A stretch of 64,000 bases of DNA from a virus, in IMG/VR virus record IMGVR_UViG_3300027804_000045, positions 86,744 through 150,743 of that record; one strand, written 5' to 3'. Below, one piece after another: positions 40,782-48,502 of this stretch. Each line of letters begins with the position of its first letter. The stretch's first letter is position 1. Below the pieces are notes generated by a model. That model ran no database searches. It was not told the origin of the DNA and saw nothing but the letters and a program-made list of their open reading frames with translations. The translations under genes and the position numbers were made by a program.

Positions 40782-41046
40782 ACTTAAGAATATACACTAA
40801 AAATTTCTTCTCGTCAACTACTTTGTAGTCGTCGCTCAACATACCTTCAATATTTTCAGTAGGTCTGAAACCATATTTGTTTTCTAACCATTTCATGTAT
40901 TCTCTATGATCTCTACTACCCGTTTCGCTCCTAAATTCTAATTTAAGGTCTTTGAGATTTTGCCAATACTTCCAGCGTGCCTTCCGTTTTTCAATATCAG
41001 CGTCATCATCATCGTAGTCTTGAAAATCTTTAGGGACGTTTACCAT
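40771..41046 (-). CDS. Small hypothetical protein
   Basis: Coupled ORF; C-terminal VVDEKKFLVYILKY. Confidence 0.65.
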   Translation of the reverse strand: MVNVPKDFQDYDDDDADIEKRKARWKYWQNLKDLKLEFRSETGSRDHREYMKWLENKYGFRPTENIEGMLSDDYKVVDEKKFLVYILKYGK

Positions 41047-41743
41047 TGCTACTCCAAACGTTATCTACTTCTTTAACTTCACTAAGAATACTTTTATGTA
41101 AGTAGTTTAATAACAACGCCGATCTGGGTTTGTCAGAATTGTTAGGCATGCTGCTGTGTAAAACTCTACAATTATAAACGAGTAATGTACCTTTAGGCAT
41201 ATCGTGCTGCTTAACATTTTCCATAAACCAGCGATCAAAGGTTCCTTTATAACATTTACTGATTTCAAAGTCTCGCTTTTGACTAAATGGTACAAGACCG
41301 GTAGCAGCATTATTTTTGTTCACATCTTCTAATGTGATTATACACTGAATACCTAATAGTCTTTTATCTAAATTCCATTTTTCAAACCTGTGCGGGGTAT
41401 CAACGTGTGGACTTATCCACTGACTACCAGGATTGATAGTTACTGTATCGCTAGCATAGAATGTAATGCCCGAAAAGTTATTTTGTATAACTGGATCTAC
41501 AAGTTTCTTGATTGCTTGAAAAGGTTTATAATCGTGTACTGTTTGACTCCACCACACGCTCACATCTTCTAAATTTTTGATATTATCGCGTTCAGCATAA
41601 ACTTTTTTACTGCTGCTAGCACGTACAGGATATAAATCTTTTAGGATAGCTTTATAATCAGCAATTAGTAATGAAGGAACGAACCCAGGAAGGATAACAT
41701 ATCCTTCTCCTGATTCTAATTTTGCTTTTATTTCTTTACTCAT
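41030..41743 (-). CDS. PhyH-like 2OG-Fe(II) dioxygenase
   Basis: HVD iron ligands, LED......T..VP.S, G......LHSS.PN...PR. Confidence 0.8.
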   Translation of the reverse strand: MSKEIKAKLESGEGYVILPGFVPSLLIADYKAILKDLYPVRASSSKKVYAERDNIKNLEDVSVWWSQTVHDYKPFQAIKKLVDPVIQNNFSGITFYASDTVTINPGSQWISPHVDTPHRFEKWNLDKRLLGIQCIITLEDVNKNNAATGLVPFSQKRDFEISKCYKGTFDRWFMENVKQHDMPKGTLLVYNCRVLHSSMPNNSDKPRSALLLNYLHKSILSEVKEVDNVWSSNGKRP

Positions 41744-41946
41744 TCTACTTTTAGACTAAACCAAATCGCGTCTGTTTCTTCTTTAAAACTAAAATCCATA
41801 TAATTTTTACATATGCTAGTCGTAAATTTGTCTCCGGGTAACCCGAAATATTCAATAGCTACAGCACAGATTTCATTCCAGTTTTGATTATAATCATTCC
41901 AGCCTATCCTCACCCGATATTTATTGTTATCAATAACCACCGGCAC
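41740..41946 (-). CDS. Small hypothetical protein
   Basis: C-terminal FSFKEETDAIWFSLK. Confidence 0.6.
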   Translation of the reverse strand: MPVVIDNNKYRVRIGWNDYNQNWNEICAVAIEYFGLPGDKFTTSICKNYMDFSFKEETDAIWFSLKVE

Positions 41947-42637
41947 GTAGTAACTCCTTTATTTCCGGGATAAGATGTTTTGATTTCGTGAATTTAATAG
42001 CCCATTGTTCTGGATTGATGTAATCAAATATCATCTTTTCTTGCGTGATATCTAAATTACTTATAAATTCTTTGCCAGATTCACTATGATACAAGACCCA
42101 TGGACTGATTTTTCCCTTTGTAATCATAAAACAGATTTTGTTTTTATTTCCATACCTTAAAACATCTTTGACAACGATTTTATCTTCATTTGCTAGTTCG
42201 ATAAATGTTTCAATAGTTCTAGTAATACCATCAAACGGATCTTCTGTTTTGCACCAGTCAATAATAAACTTTGTATAATTACTATCTTTATTCCAAGTAT
42301 CTATGCTTATTTGATTTTTCAATAACCAATCTACATATCTAGGTACATTTATAACTTGTGCATCTACACAGTAATTACCGAACTTGATAAATGCTGTATA
42401 ATACGCCGACTTGATAAATTCGTTATAATCTTTTTGTTTTTTGTTAGTATGTTTGTTATAGAATTGAATCCAACTAGTGTATCCGATCCGGCTTCCATGC
42501 TGGTCGCGATCCTGCCACCTGCGCTTAGTCTCACAAAGATGTTTAGCAATACTAGTTTCTCTTACGAAACTCTTACCGCAAAATTCACATAGATGTTTAG
42601 TTTCCACATTCGGAATCATATTTAAGTATATCATCAT
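41930..42637 (-). CDS. Hypothetical protein with an N-terminal zinc finger (start uncertain)
   Basis: CEFCGKSF.RE.SIAKHLC. Confidence 0.65.
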   Translation of the reverse strand: MMIYLNMIPNVETKHLCEFCGKSFVRETSIAKHLCETKRRWQDRDQHGSRIGYTSWIQFYNKHTNKKQKDYNEFIKSAYYTAFIKFGNYCVDAQVINVPRYVDWLLKNQISIDTWNKDSNYTKFIIDWCKTEDPFDGITRTIETFIELANEDKIVVKDVLRYGNKNKICFMITKGKISPWVLYHSESGKEFISNLDITQEKMIFDYINPEQWAIKFTKSKHLIPEIKELLRAGGY

Positions 42638-43184
42638 CTGTCACTATTTGGCTTAATGTGTCAATATCTTCTAGTTTGAGATCAGGAAACTTTTTTGCTA
42701 GAGTATATTTCCTATGTTGTATCTCAACATAAATTTGAGAAATCTCAGTCAAATCTTTATCACTCGCGTTCTTATAAATCTTTTTGTAATATTCTTTTAT
42801 GTCTTTAACTGTTGCCTTTTCTTTTAAAGATGCAACGTTATCTTTGATAGACGGTATGTAGTTATGAAATTGTTTGCCCTTGCCGAGCCCGCTAGAACAC
42901 AACATCAGCCATTGTAGTTTGGGATGATTTTGGATATGATCGTCAAACATGTGCTTATTGCTGAACTCATTAGTGCTTAACAAATGATATTGCTGTAGAT
43001 CCGATCTACCTGTGACACTACTCATAAAGATAACAAGCATATAAGGATTGAACTTTTGTTTTTGTTCTTCTGACAATCTGTCATAGTAACTGTAATCCTT
43101 ACGATCAATGGCGGCTAAGGCTTCGAACAAGTCAAAGTCTTGCTTCTCAAGCTTCTCGTCAGTTGGTATCTTTGCTTTCGCCAT
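42597..43184 (-). CDS. Clamp-loader small subunit (gp62-like), tentative
   Basis: DLFEALAAI..K, FNPYML and H....I motifs; replication context. Confidence 0.5.
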   Translation of the reverse strand: MAKAKIPTDEKLEKQDFDLFEALAAIDRKDYSYYDRLSEEQKQKFNPYMLVIFMSSVTGRSDLQQYHLLSTNEFSNKHMFDDHIQNHPKLQWLMLCSSGLGKGKQFHNYIPSIKDNVASLKEKATVKDIKEYYKKIYKNASDKDLTEISQIYVEIQHRKYTLAKKFPDLKLEDIDTLSQIVTDDDILKYDSECGN

Positions 43185-43344
43185 ACAATTCTACCACAGC
43201 ATTCTCGCCCCAAATCTGAGCGTAGTCAAGTGCTTCTTGTTCCGTATCAAACAGTTTAGGCTGCATTTGAAACTTGCTATCGCCCTCAGTTACCCATAAG
43301 AAATCACCATCGGGCCAATAAACTTTTACGCCGTACTTCATCAA
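43159..43344 (-). CDS. Small hypothetical protein
   Basis: 61-aa coupled ORF. Confidence 0.55.
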   Translation of the reverse strand: MMKYGVKVYWPDGDFLWVTEGDSKFQMQPKLFDTEQEALDYAQIWGENAVVELYGESKDTN

Positions 43345-43841
43345 AATACCTGATTGTAGTCAACGATTTCGCAATTGCGGCTTATCTCTTTGACGAAATA
43401 AACACAGCGCGGCTTTTCACCATCATCAATCGGTACGCATAAGAACTGCCCGTTACGTAGTCTTGGAGCATACCAAGTTACATCATGATAGATATCTACG
43501 ATTTCGATTGGTACGAATGAGGGACTAAATGCGCTGAGTGGATTGAATTCAAACGCGCTGAACCCACGATCATTAAGACTACTAAGCGGTAATGTTTCAA
43601 GATCTCCATGTTCTTTTTCGCCAATTAATACTTGCCAATCTAACGGCATCTTGATATTGCGATTACCAACTTTTAATACAAGAGCAGGAGTGTTAAATGA
43701 TTCTAGAAATATTAGCGGGATAAAATGATAGTCAACATTTTGCGGATTGCTATTATCCAATATAGCGAATCGTAGATCATCTATCTCTTCGGGTAGTGTC
43801 TCTAAATTATAATATTTGTTATCTAATGTTAGTATTCTCAT
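43341..43841 (-). CDS. Hypothetical beta-rich protein
   Basis: 166 aa; own promoter. Confidence 0.7.
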   Translation of the reverse strand: MRILTLDNKYYNLETLPEEIDDLRFAILDNSNPQNVDYHFIPLIFLESFNTPALVLKVGNRNIKMPLDWQVLIGEKEHGDLETLPLSSLNDRGFSAFEFNPLSAFSPSFVPIEIVDIYHDVTWYAPRLRNGQFLCVPIDDGEKPRCVYFVKEISRNCEIVDYNQVF

Positions 43842-43847
43842 GTTGTT

Positions 43848-43876
43848 ATTTTACGACAAAAATAATTAATAGTCAA
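43848..43876 (-). promoter_or_regulatory. Sigma70-like promoter giving a leaderless start
   Basis: TTGACT-17-TAAAAT-6 nt-ATG. Confidence 0.75.
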
Positions 43877-45320
43877 GTTTTTCAATGCTAAATGGATACT
43901 TTGCTTCCTTATAATATGCCTTGCGCTGTGTCAAATGACGTTTAGCAAATTTACAATCGCTAGTGATATCCCAAATCATCACATGTTCTTTATCCTCAGC
44001 CTTACGAATTCCTCGCCCGATACTTTGGATAACTCTGACAAATGATTTGCCCGGTTCAATCAATACTAGATTAAAGATGCGCGGTATGTTGATACCTACT
44101 GCTGCAACACCATAAGTCGCTACGATGATTTTGTTAGCACTAGTTTTGACTTCATCGTATTCTTCTTTACGTTCAGTGAGTTTTGTCTCACCCGAAATGA
44201 ACACACTATCAGGTAAACGTGATACCAATTCACGCCCTGCATTGACGCGATCAACAAGTATTAGTGTATTACCGGTATCTTTAATACTGTCAATTAATTG
44301 TGCAATTTTATCTAAACGTTTCTCATCTTCTAATAGATGTTTTAATTCACTTTGATAATTAGTAAATTCAACACCGTCTTTCATCTGTACGATATTGACA
44401 TGACATTGCGCAAGTACGCCCTTCTCTTGTAATTCAGCTGCACTTAACTTTCCTATCACAGGTCCCAGACTTACAAGCAGTGCTACCTGCTCATATACAG
44501 CCTTAGGTATAGTACCGGTCAATCCCCATCGAATGGGAATCTGGCTGAATGGACCAGTCAACAATTGCTTCAGTGCATCAGCCTTAGCCATATGCACCTC
44601 GTCAACCATGACACAAACAACATCTTCGATAAACTCTTTGATGTTGACTTCAGCTTCACCTGCTTTAGTATTCTTTAACAGATTGTTGAGGCTCTGCCAA
44701 GTACAGATAGTATGTGTCTTATTATACTCTTTGCGATCACCGAAATATACACCAACATCTAATCCAAGATTGATATAGTCCGCTTCAGTCTGCACGACAA
44801 GGCTCTTGTTGGGCACGATAACAATGCTACGGCCATAATACTCTACGCTTTTTGACAAAGCCGCAGTCATGATAGTCTTACCGGCGCCCGTCGCTACTTC
44901 CTGAATACATTGTGGGTTCTTCAAAAAGTTATTGACGATATCCACCTGATAGTCACGTAGCATGATAGGCTTGCCTTCTTCGACATGCCCTTTAGGCCAT
45001 ACCTTGTTAGAAAAACTATCATCTTTTATTTCATCAAAACTAAAAGTTGTTTTATATTCACGTAAGTCTACTAGTTCAATATCATAATCGTACTCTTCAA
45101 GTATCGGAACGACATCTGTGAGTAGATTGATATAGGTGCTACCCGCAAGGCTGCAATAACTGACCTTACCATTCCATCTACCAAGACGGACCGCAGGAAG
45201 GTATCTTGCACCAGGAACTTCATGCTCAAACTTTTTCATTAATGCCTTGCGGCAGTCTAACTCAAGACCTTCGATCTTACAGTTGACTTCATCCTTGATT
45301 ATTATTTTGGCTTCGCGCAT
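43866..45320 (-). CDS. uvsW: UvsW-like SF2 helicase
   Basis: LRDYQ, ATGAGKT, DEVH, GLTGT and QSIGRGIR motifs. Confidence 0.92.
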   Translation of the reverse strand: MREAKIIIKDEVNCKIEGLELDCRKALMKKFEHEVPGARYLPAVRLGRWNGKVSYCSLAGSTYINLLTDVVPILEEYDYDIELVDLREYKTTFSFDEIKDDSFSNKVWPKGHVEEGKPIMLRDYQVDIVNNFLKNPQCIQEVATGAGKTIMTAALSKSVEYYGRSIVIVPNKSLVVQTEADYINLGLDVGVYFGDRKEYNKTHTICTWQSLNNLLKNTKAGEAEVNIKEFIEDVVCVMVDEVHMAKADALKQLLTGPFSQIPIRWGLTGTIPKAVYEQVALLVSLGPVIGKLSAAELQEKGVLAQCHVNIVQMKDGVEFTNYQSELKHLLEDEKRLDKIAQLIDSIKDTGNTLILVDRVNAGRELVSRLPDSVFISGETKLTERKEEYDEVKTSANKIIVATYGVAAVGINIPRIFNLVLIEPGKSFVRVIQSIGRGIRKAEDKEHVMIWDITSDCKFAKRHLTQRKAYYKEAKYPFSIEKLDY

Positions 45321-45465
45321 TAGTTAATTCTATCAAACATTGCTTGCATAAGCAATCATTATATGACTCTGTGATGTCCAATCTAATGTAGGGTAATGTA
45401 AAACACCAACAATCGTTTGATCCTGTACACTCCATTTCACAATCACATCTACTACAATTCTTCAT
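45289..45465 (-). CDS. Cysteine-rich CWC family protein (58 aa, not in the ORF track)
   Basis: MKNCSRCDCEMECTGSNDCWCFTLPYIRLDITESYNDCLCKQCLIELTNARSQNNNQG. Confidence 0.75.
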   Translation of the reverse strand: MKNCSRCDCEMECTGSNDCWCFTLPYIRLDITESYNDCLCKQCLIELTNARSQNNNQG

Positions 45466-45467
45466 CG

Positions 45468-46469
45468 TTATCTTATATCAATAGCCCTAGAATTGGTTAG
45501 AGATATTACCTTTACTATATTTTTGTCATTAGTTTTATGAAACGGTACCATTGAAGAAAATGTTTTAATCAATACATAGGGGCGTTCTGTATTCATTTCA
45601 TTAGCAGGCAAATGACTTATTCCGCTATCAGATAATTTCATCTTTACTTCGTTGCTAATATTTTTATTATATATGATATCTCTGGATGTAATAACAGTAT
45701 CTATTTTTAATGCCTTTAACCATTCACATAATAAATCAGTCTGATCCAGATCAATTGTGCTACTAAACTGACTTGCGAATTTCAATAAAGGATCTTGCGT
45801 GATTGCTTCATCGATAGCAATACCATATTGACATAGCTGAAATAAAGTTTCCGGGTTATCATTCAAATCAATATGAGATATAGCCTCTAGTACATAAGGA
45901 TTGCTACCTACGATATAAAAATTATCATGTCTTTTGATCAAAGTAGGATACCAATATTTTATATTTTTGAATTCACTGATATGATTAAGCAAGTTAGTGA
46001 TTTCATCACAGAAAGAATAGTTTTTAAAATGCTTAGTGATAAGTTCTACCGCGTGTTTCAAACTTATAGTGCTAAACGGTGCTGTATATATCTTTTTAGA
46101 TTTATCCCACACATATGCATTATATTTGAGTCTACGCAAATCCTGTATGAATTTAGAATTGAACGGGCTTTTAATAATGAGTTGTCCATTTTCTAAACTA
46201 AGATAAGCTTGTAAGAATTCTTTTTTACTTTCAACTATAGTTGAATCCCACTTTAAATTTAATAAGTGATCTAAGTTATGGTTTTCCTTTTTAAGCTGAC
46301 GCTGATATTTGTTTAAAAGTTTATCAAACAATATACTTTGGTTAGTTGTTAAAGTATTTTTTTGATCAATTATATGGATAAGATTATTGAAAAAAGAATA
46401 ATCTTTTTTACTGACATGAATGTAACCTTTTAAAAGGTACTTTAACAAATCTTCTTTTAAATTAAACAT
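45468..46469 (-). CDS. Hypothetical protein
   Basis: 333 aa; SPFN.KFI..LR...WD segment; promoter TTGAAC-17-TATAAT at 46475-46503. Confidence 0.65.
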   Translation of the reverse strand: MFNLKEDLLKYLLKGYIHVSKKDYSFFNNLIHIIDQKNTLTTNQSILFDKLLNKYQRQLKKENHNLDHLLNLKWDSTIVESKKEFLQAYLSLENGQLIIKSPFNSKFIQDLRRLKYNAYVWDKSKKIYTAPFSTISLKHAVELITKHFKNYSFCDEITNLLNHISEFKNIKYWYPTLIKRHDNFYIVGSNPYVLEAISHIDLNDNPETLFQLCQYGIAIDEAITQDPLLKFASQFSSTIDLDQTDLLCEWLKALKIDTVITSRDIIYNKNISNEVKMKLSDSGISHLPANEMNTERPYVLIKTFSSMVPFHKTNDKNIVKVISLTNSRAIDIR

Positions 46470-46517
46470 AAAATATTATATCTTTTTTTGTTAGACTGTT
46501 CAATGTAGTTTGGTGTT

Positions 46518-46544
46518 AAAGGAAAGAGCCCCTTACGGGGCTCT
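46518..46544 (-). terminator. Intrinsic terminator
   Basis: AGAGCCCC-GTAA-GGGGCTCT followed by TTCCTTT. Confidence 0.75.
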
Positions 46545-46568
46545 CGCCTTTGCGCGGGTAACGGAGTA

Positions 46569-47600
46569 TCAAGCCCGACGCATAACAGTAGACTCAGCAA
46601 GTGCGCGCCAATTACTGGAGTTAACCTTGACCAAATCAGCAATCTTGAGAGCCATGCGCATCGACAACTCACGCAGTCGAGCCTTGTTGTCCCACATGAA
46701 CTGCAACACCTGATCACCCTCATCAAACTCAAACCCATAGTCACGGAACAGACCACCGTCAGTATCACGATGCACCTGCTTGATGCGCAGCAACTTGTCA
46801 CGCTCGGTGTCAATCGTCAAGTCAAGAAAGTGACAGCGTGACTGAAGTGCCTCGAGGTGATCCTGCAACTTCTTGCTCTTGAGGTGATCAAACTTAATGT
46901 TAGTGATGAAGATCACCGAACCGTTGAAGTCGAACGCATCAGGGATACCTTCGCGGCGCAACATGCTACTATCACTGTTCCAGTAAATTCGACGGCGCTT
47001 ACCACTGTCAAGTGCCGCCTTGAGAATGTTGAGCGACAAGTCATCCATGAGAATGCTATCGCAATCATCAAACACCAGTACGTGATTCTTATCGCTATGC
47101 TTGAACAACGTAGCATAGAGACCAAGAGCCGTCATAGCACCCTTGATGACCTCATACTTGAGAGTCTTACCAGCAAGCCGATCAAACATCGACGCCTTTT
47201 CCAACTGCTGCTCGACACCGAAACTCTTACCAACGCCCGGGGGACCACTCACGATCATAGCGCGAATGCCGCCGTTCGTAGTAGCCTTAGCCATCTCGTC
47301 AAGAATCGCAAAGCGGGTAGCGATACGATTCATAGCCTCGTCATCAGTCTCAACTGCTGCAGGGGCCTGCGCAACAACTTCAGTCATATCACCCTCACCT
47401 GAAATGAATTCAAAGTCATGCTGGTCCTCGACCTTGATCTTTACAGTATCGATACCAGCGTAATCACTAAACACACCGTCATTACGAACAGTGATATAGT
47501 TACCCTTCTTACCAGATTGAAAACCACGAACCAACTTGAACTGGGTGTTGATCACAGGGATACCGCGATACGACCCACTCTTTACAAGAACAATTGACAT
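46569..47600 (-). CDS. AAA+ family ATPase (early gene)
   Basis: GPPGVGKS Walker A, VFDDCD Walker B, FITN and ALQSR motifs. Confidence 0.85.
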   Translation of the reverse strand: MSIVLVKSGSYRGIPVINTQFKLVRGFQSGKKGNYITVRNDGVFSDYAGIDTVKIKVEDQHDFEFISGEGDMTEVVAQAPAAVETDDEAMNRIATRFAILDEMAKATTNGGIRAMIVSGPPGVGKSFGVEQQLEKASMFDRLAGKTLKYEVIKGAMTALGLYATLFKHSDKNHVLVFDDCDSILMDDLSLNILKAALDSGKRRRIYWNSDSSMLRREGIPDAFDFNGSVIFITNIKFDHLKSKKLQDHLEALQSRCHFLDLTIDTERDKLLRIKQVHRDTDGGLFRDYGFEFDEGDQVLQFMWDNKARLRELSMRMALKIADLVKVNSSNWRALAESTVMRRA

Positions 47601-47633
47601 AAAACACTCCGTTAGTGAACAATCAATATAACT

Positions 47634-47692
47634 ATTATAGCAACTTACAGGAAAATAGCAAGAACTATAAATCCAACAAAATCAACGACTTA
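47634..47692 (-). promoter_or_regulatory. Early promoter with an IHF site
   Basis: TTGCTA-16-TATAAT; AATCAACGACTTA (+ strand) at 47680-47692. Confidence 0.7.
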
Positions 47693-47885
47693 GCAAATCA
47701 AAGTACTGATTTTTTAGCCGAGAAACATCGTCATCTGACACATAAAAGTCCGTCTGTGGATCCCAATACTTGCCCTCTTTAGGGTCATAGTATAACACCG
47801 CTCCTGACGGGTAGTAGAAGGGACCTTCAAGACCTCTACGCGGGCCATACTTAGCATCACGCTGTGGTAGCACACGATATCCCAT
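47682..47885 (-). CDS. Small hypothetical protein
   Basis: MGYRVL...GLEGPF...VLYYDPKEGKYWD. Confidence 0.7.
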   Translation of the reverse strand: MGYRVLPQRDAKYGPRRGLEGPFYYPSGAVLYYDPKEGKYWDPQTDFYVSDDDVSRLKNQYFDLLSR

Positions 47886-47921
47886 ATTAGCCCCAATCCT
47901 CAAGATTCCAGTTGGACATGA

Positions 47922-48107
47922 TCAAAACCCCATCAGTTTGGCTGCTTGCTTTTCAGTCAGCAGCGTTGCCTCTGACACAAGAGCCTCAAAGACTTGTCGA
48001 ATTTCGTTGCGGTAGGTCAACTTCTGACCAGCAACCTTCAACACGCGACCATAAAGTCGAATGCCATAGAACTCAACACAAATCGGATCACCTTGTTTGA
48101 TCTTCAT
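47922..48107 (-). CDS. Small hypothetical protein
   Basis: MKIKQGDPICVEF...; coupled by TGA-T-ATG. Confidence 0.6.
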   Translation of the reverse strand: MKIKQGDPICVEFYGIRLYGRVLKVAGQKLTYRNEIRQVFEALVSEATLLTEKQAAKLMGF

Positions 48108-48108
48108 A

Positions 48109-48312
48109 TCAACCCCAATCCTTGAAATTCTGACTAGACTCGTTATCGTCAAAGCCCTGGTAGTACTCGTCAATTTGTCGCAGGGTCATACGCTCCTCAG
48201 TAACGATTTCGCTACTGTAAGTGTCGCCCACATAGTAATGGGGCTTGCGACCACGACGATAGTAACTGTCAGCACTACCGCGATCATAAGGACCACCATG
48301 TCGCTTATCCAT
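48109..48312 (-). CDS. Small hypothetical protein
   Basis: MDKRHGGPYDRGSADSYY; AACGGAG RBS. Confidence 0.75.
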   Translation of the reverse strand: MDKRHGGPYDRGSADSYYRRGRKPHYYVGDTYSSEIVTEERMTLRQIDEYYQGFDDNESSQNFKDWG

Positions 48313-48342
48313 CGTATTTCTCCGTTCATTCAGCATATAGAT

Positions 48343-48402
48343 ATTATGCGCCCAAACTAGGCCTAGGTCAAGAACTTTAATTCCATGTAAATCAATAACT
48401 TA
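48343..48402 (-). promoter_or_regulatory. Early promoter with an IHF site
   Basis: TTGACC-17-CATAAT; AATCAATAACTTA at 48390-48402. Confidence 0.75.
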
Positions 48403-48502
48403 CGACGCCTCATAAAACCGCATAGGCCTGGATATAAGCGGAAGAGGACGGGGATATGTCTGTCTATGACTATCCCCGCCCACACGCTCTAAAGCGTTCC
48501 TA

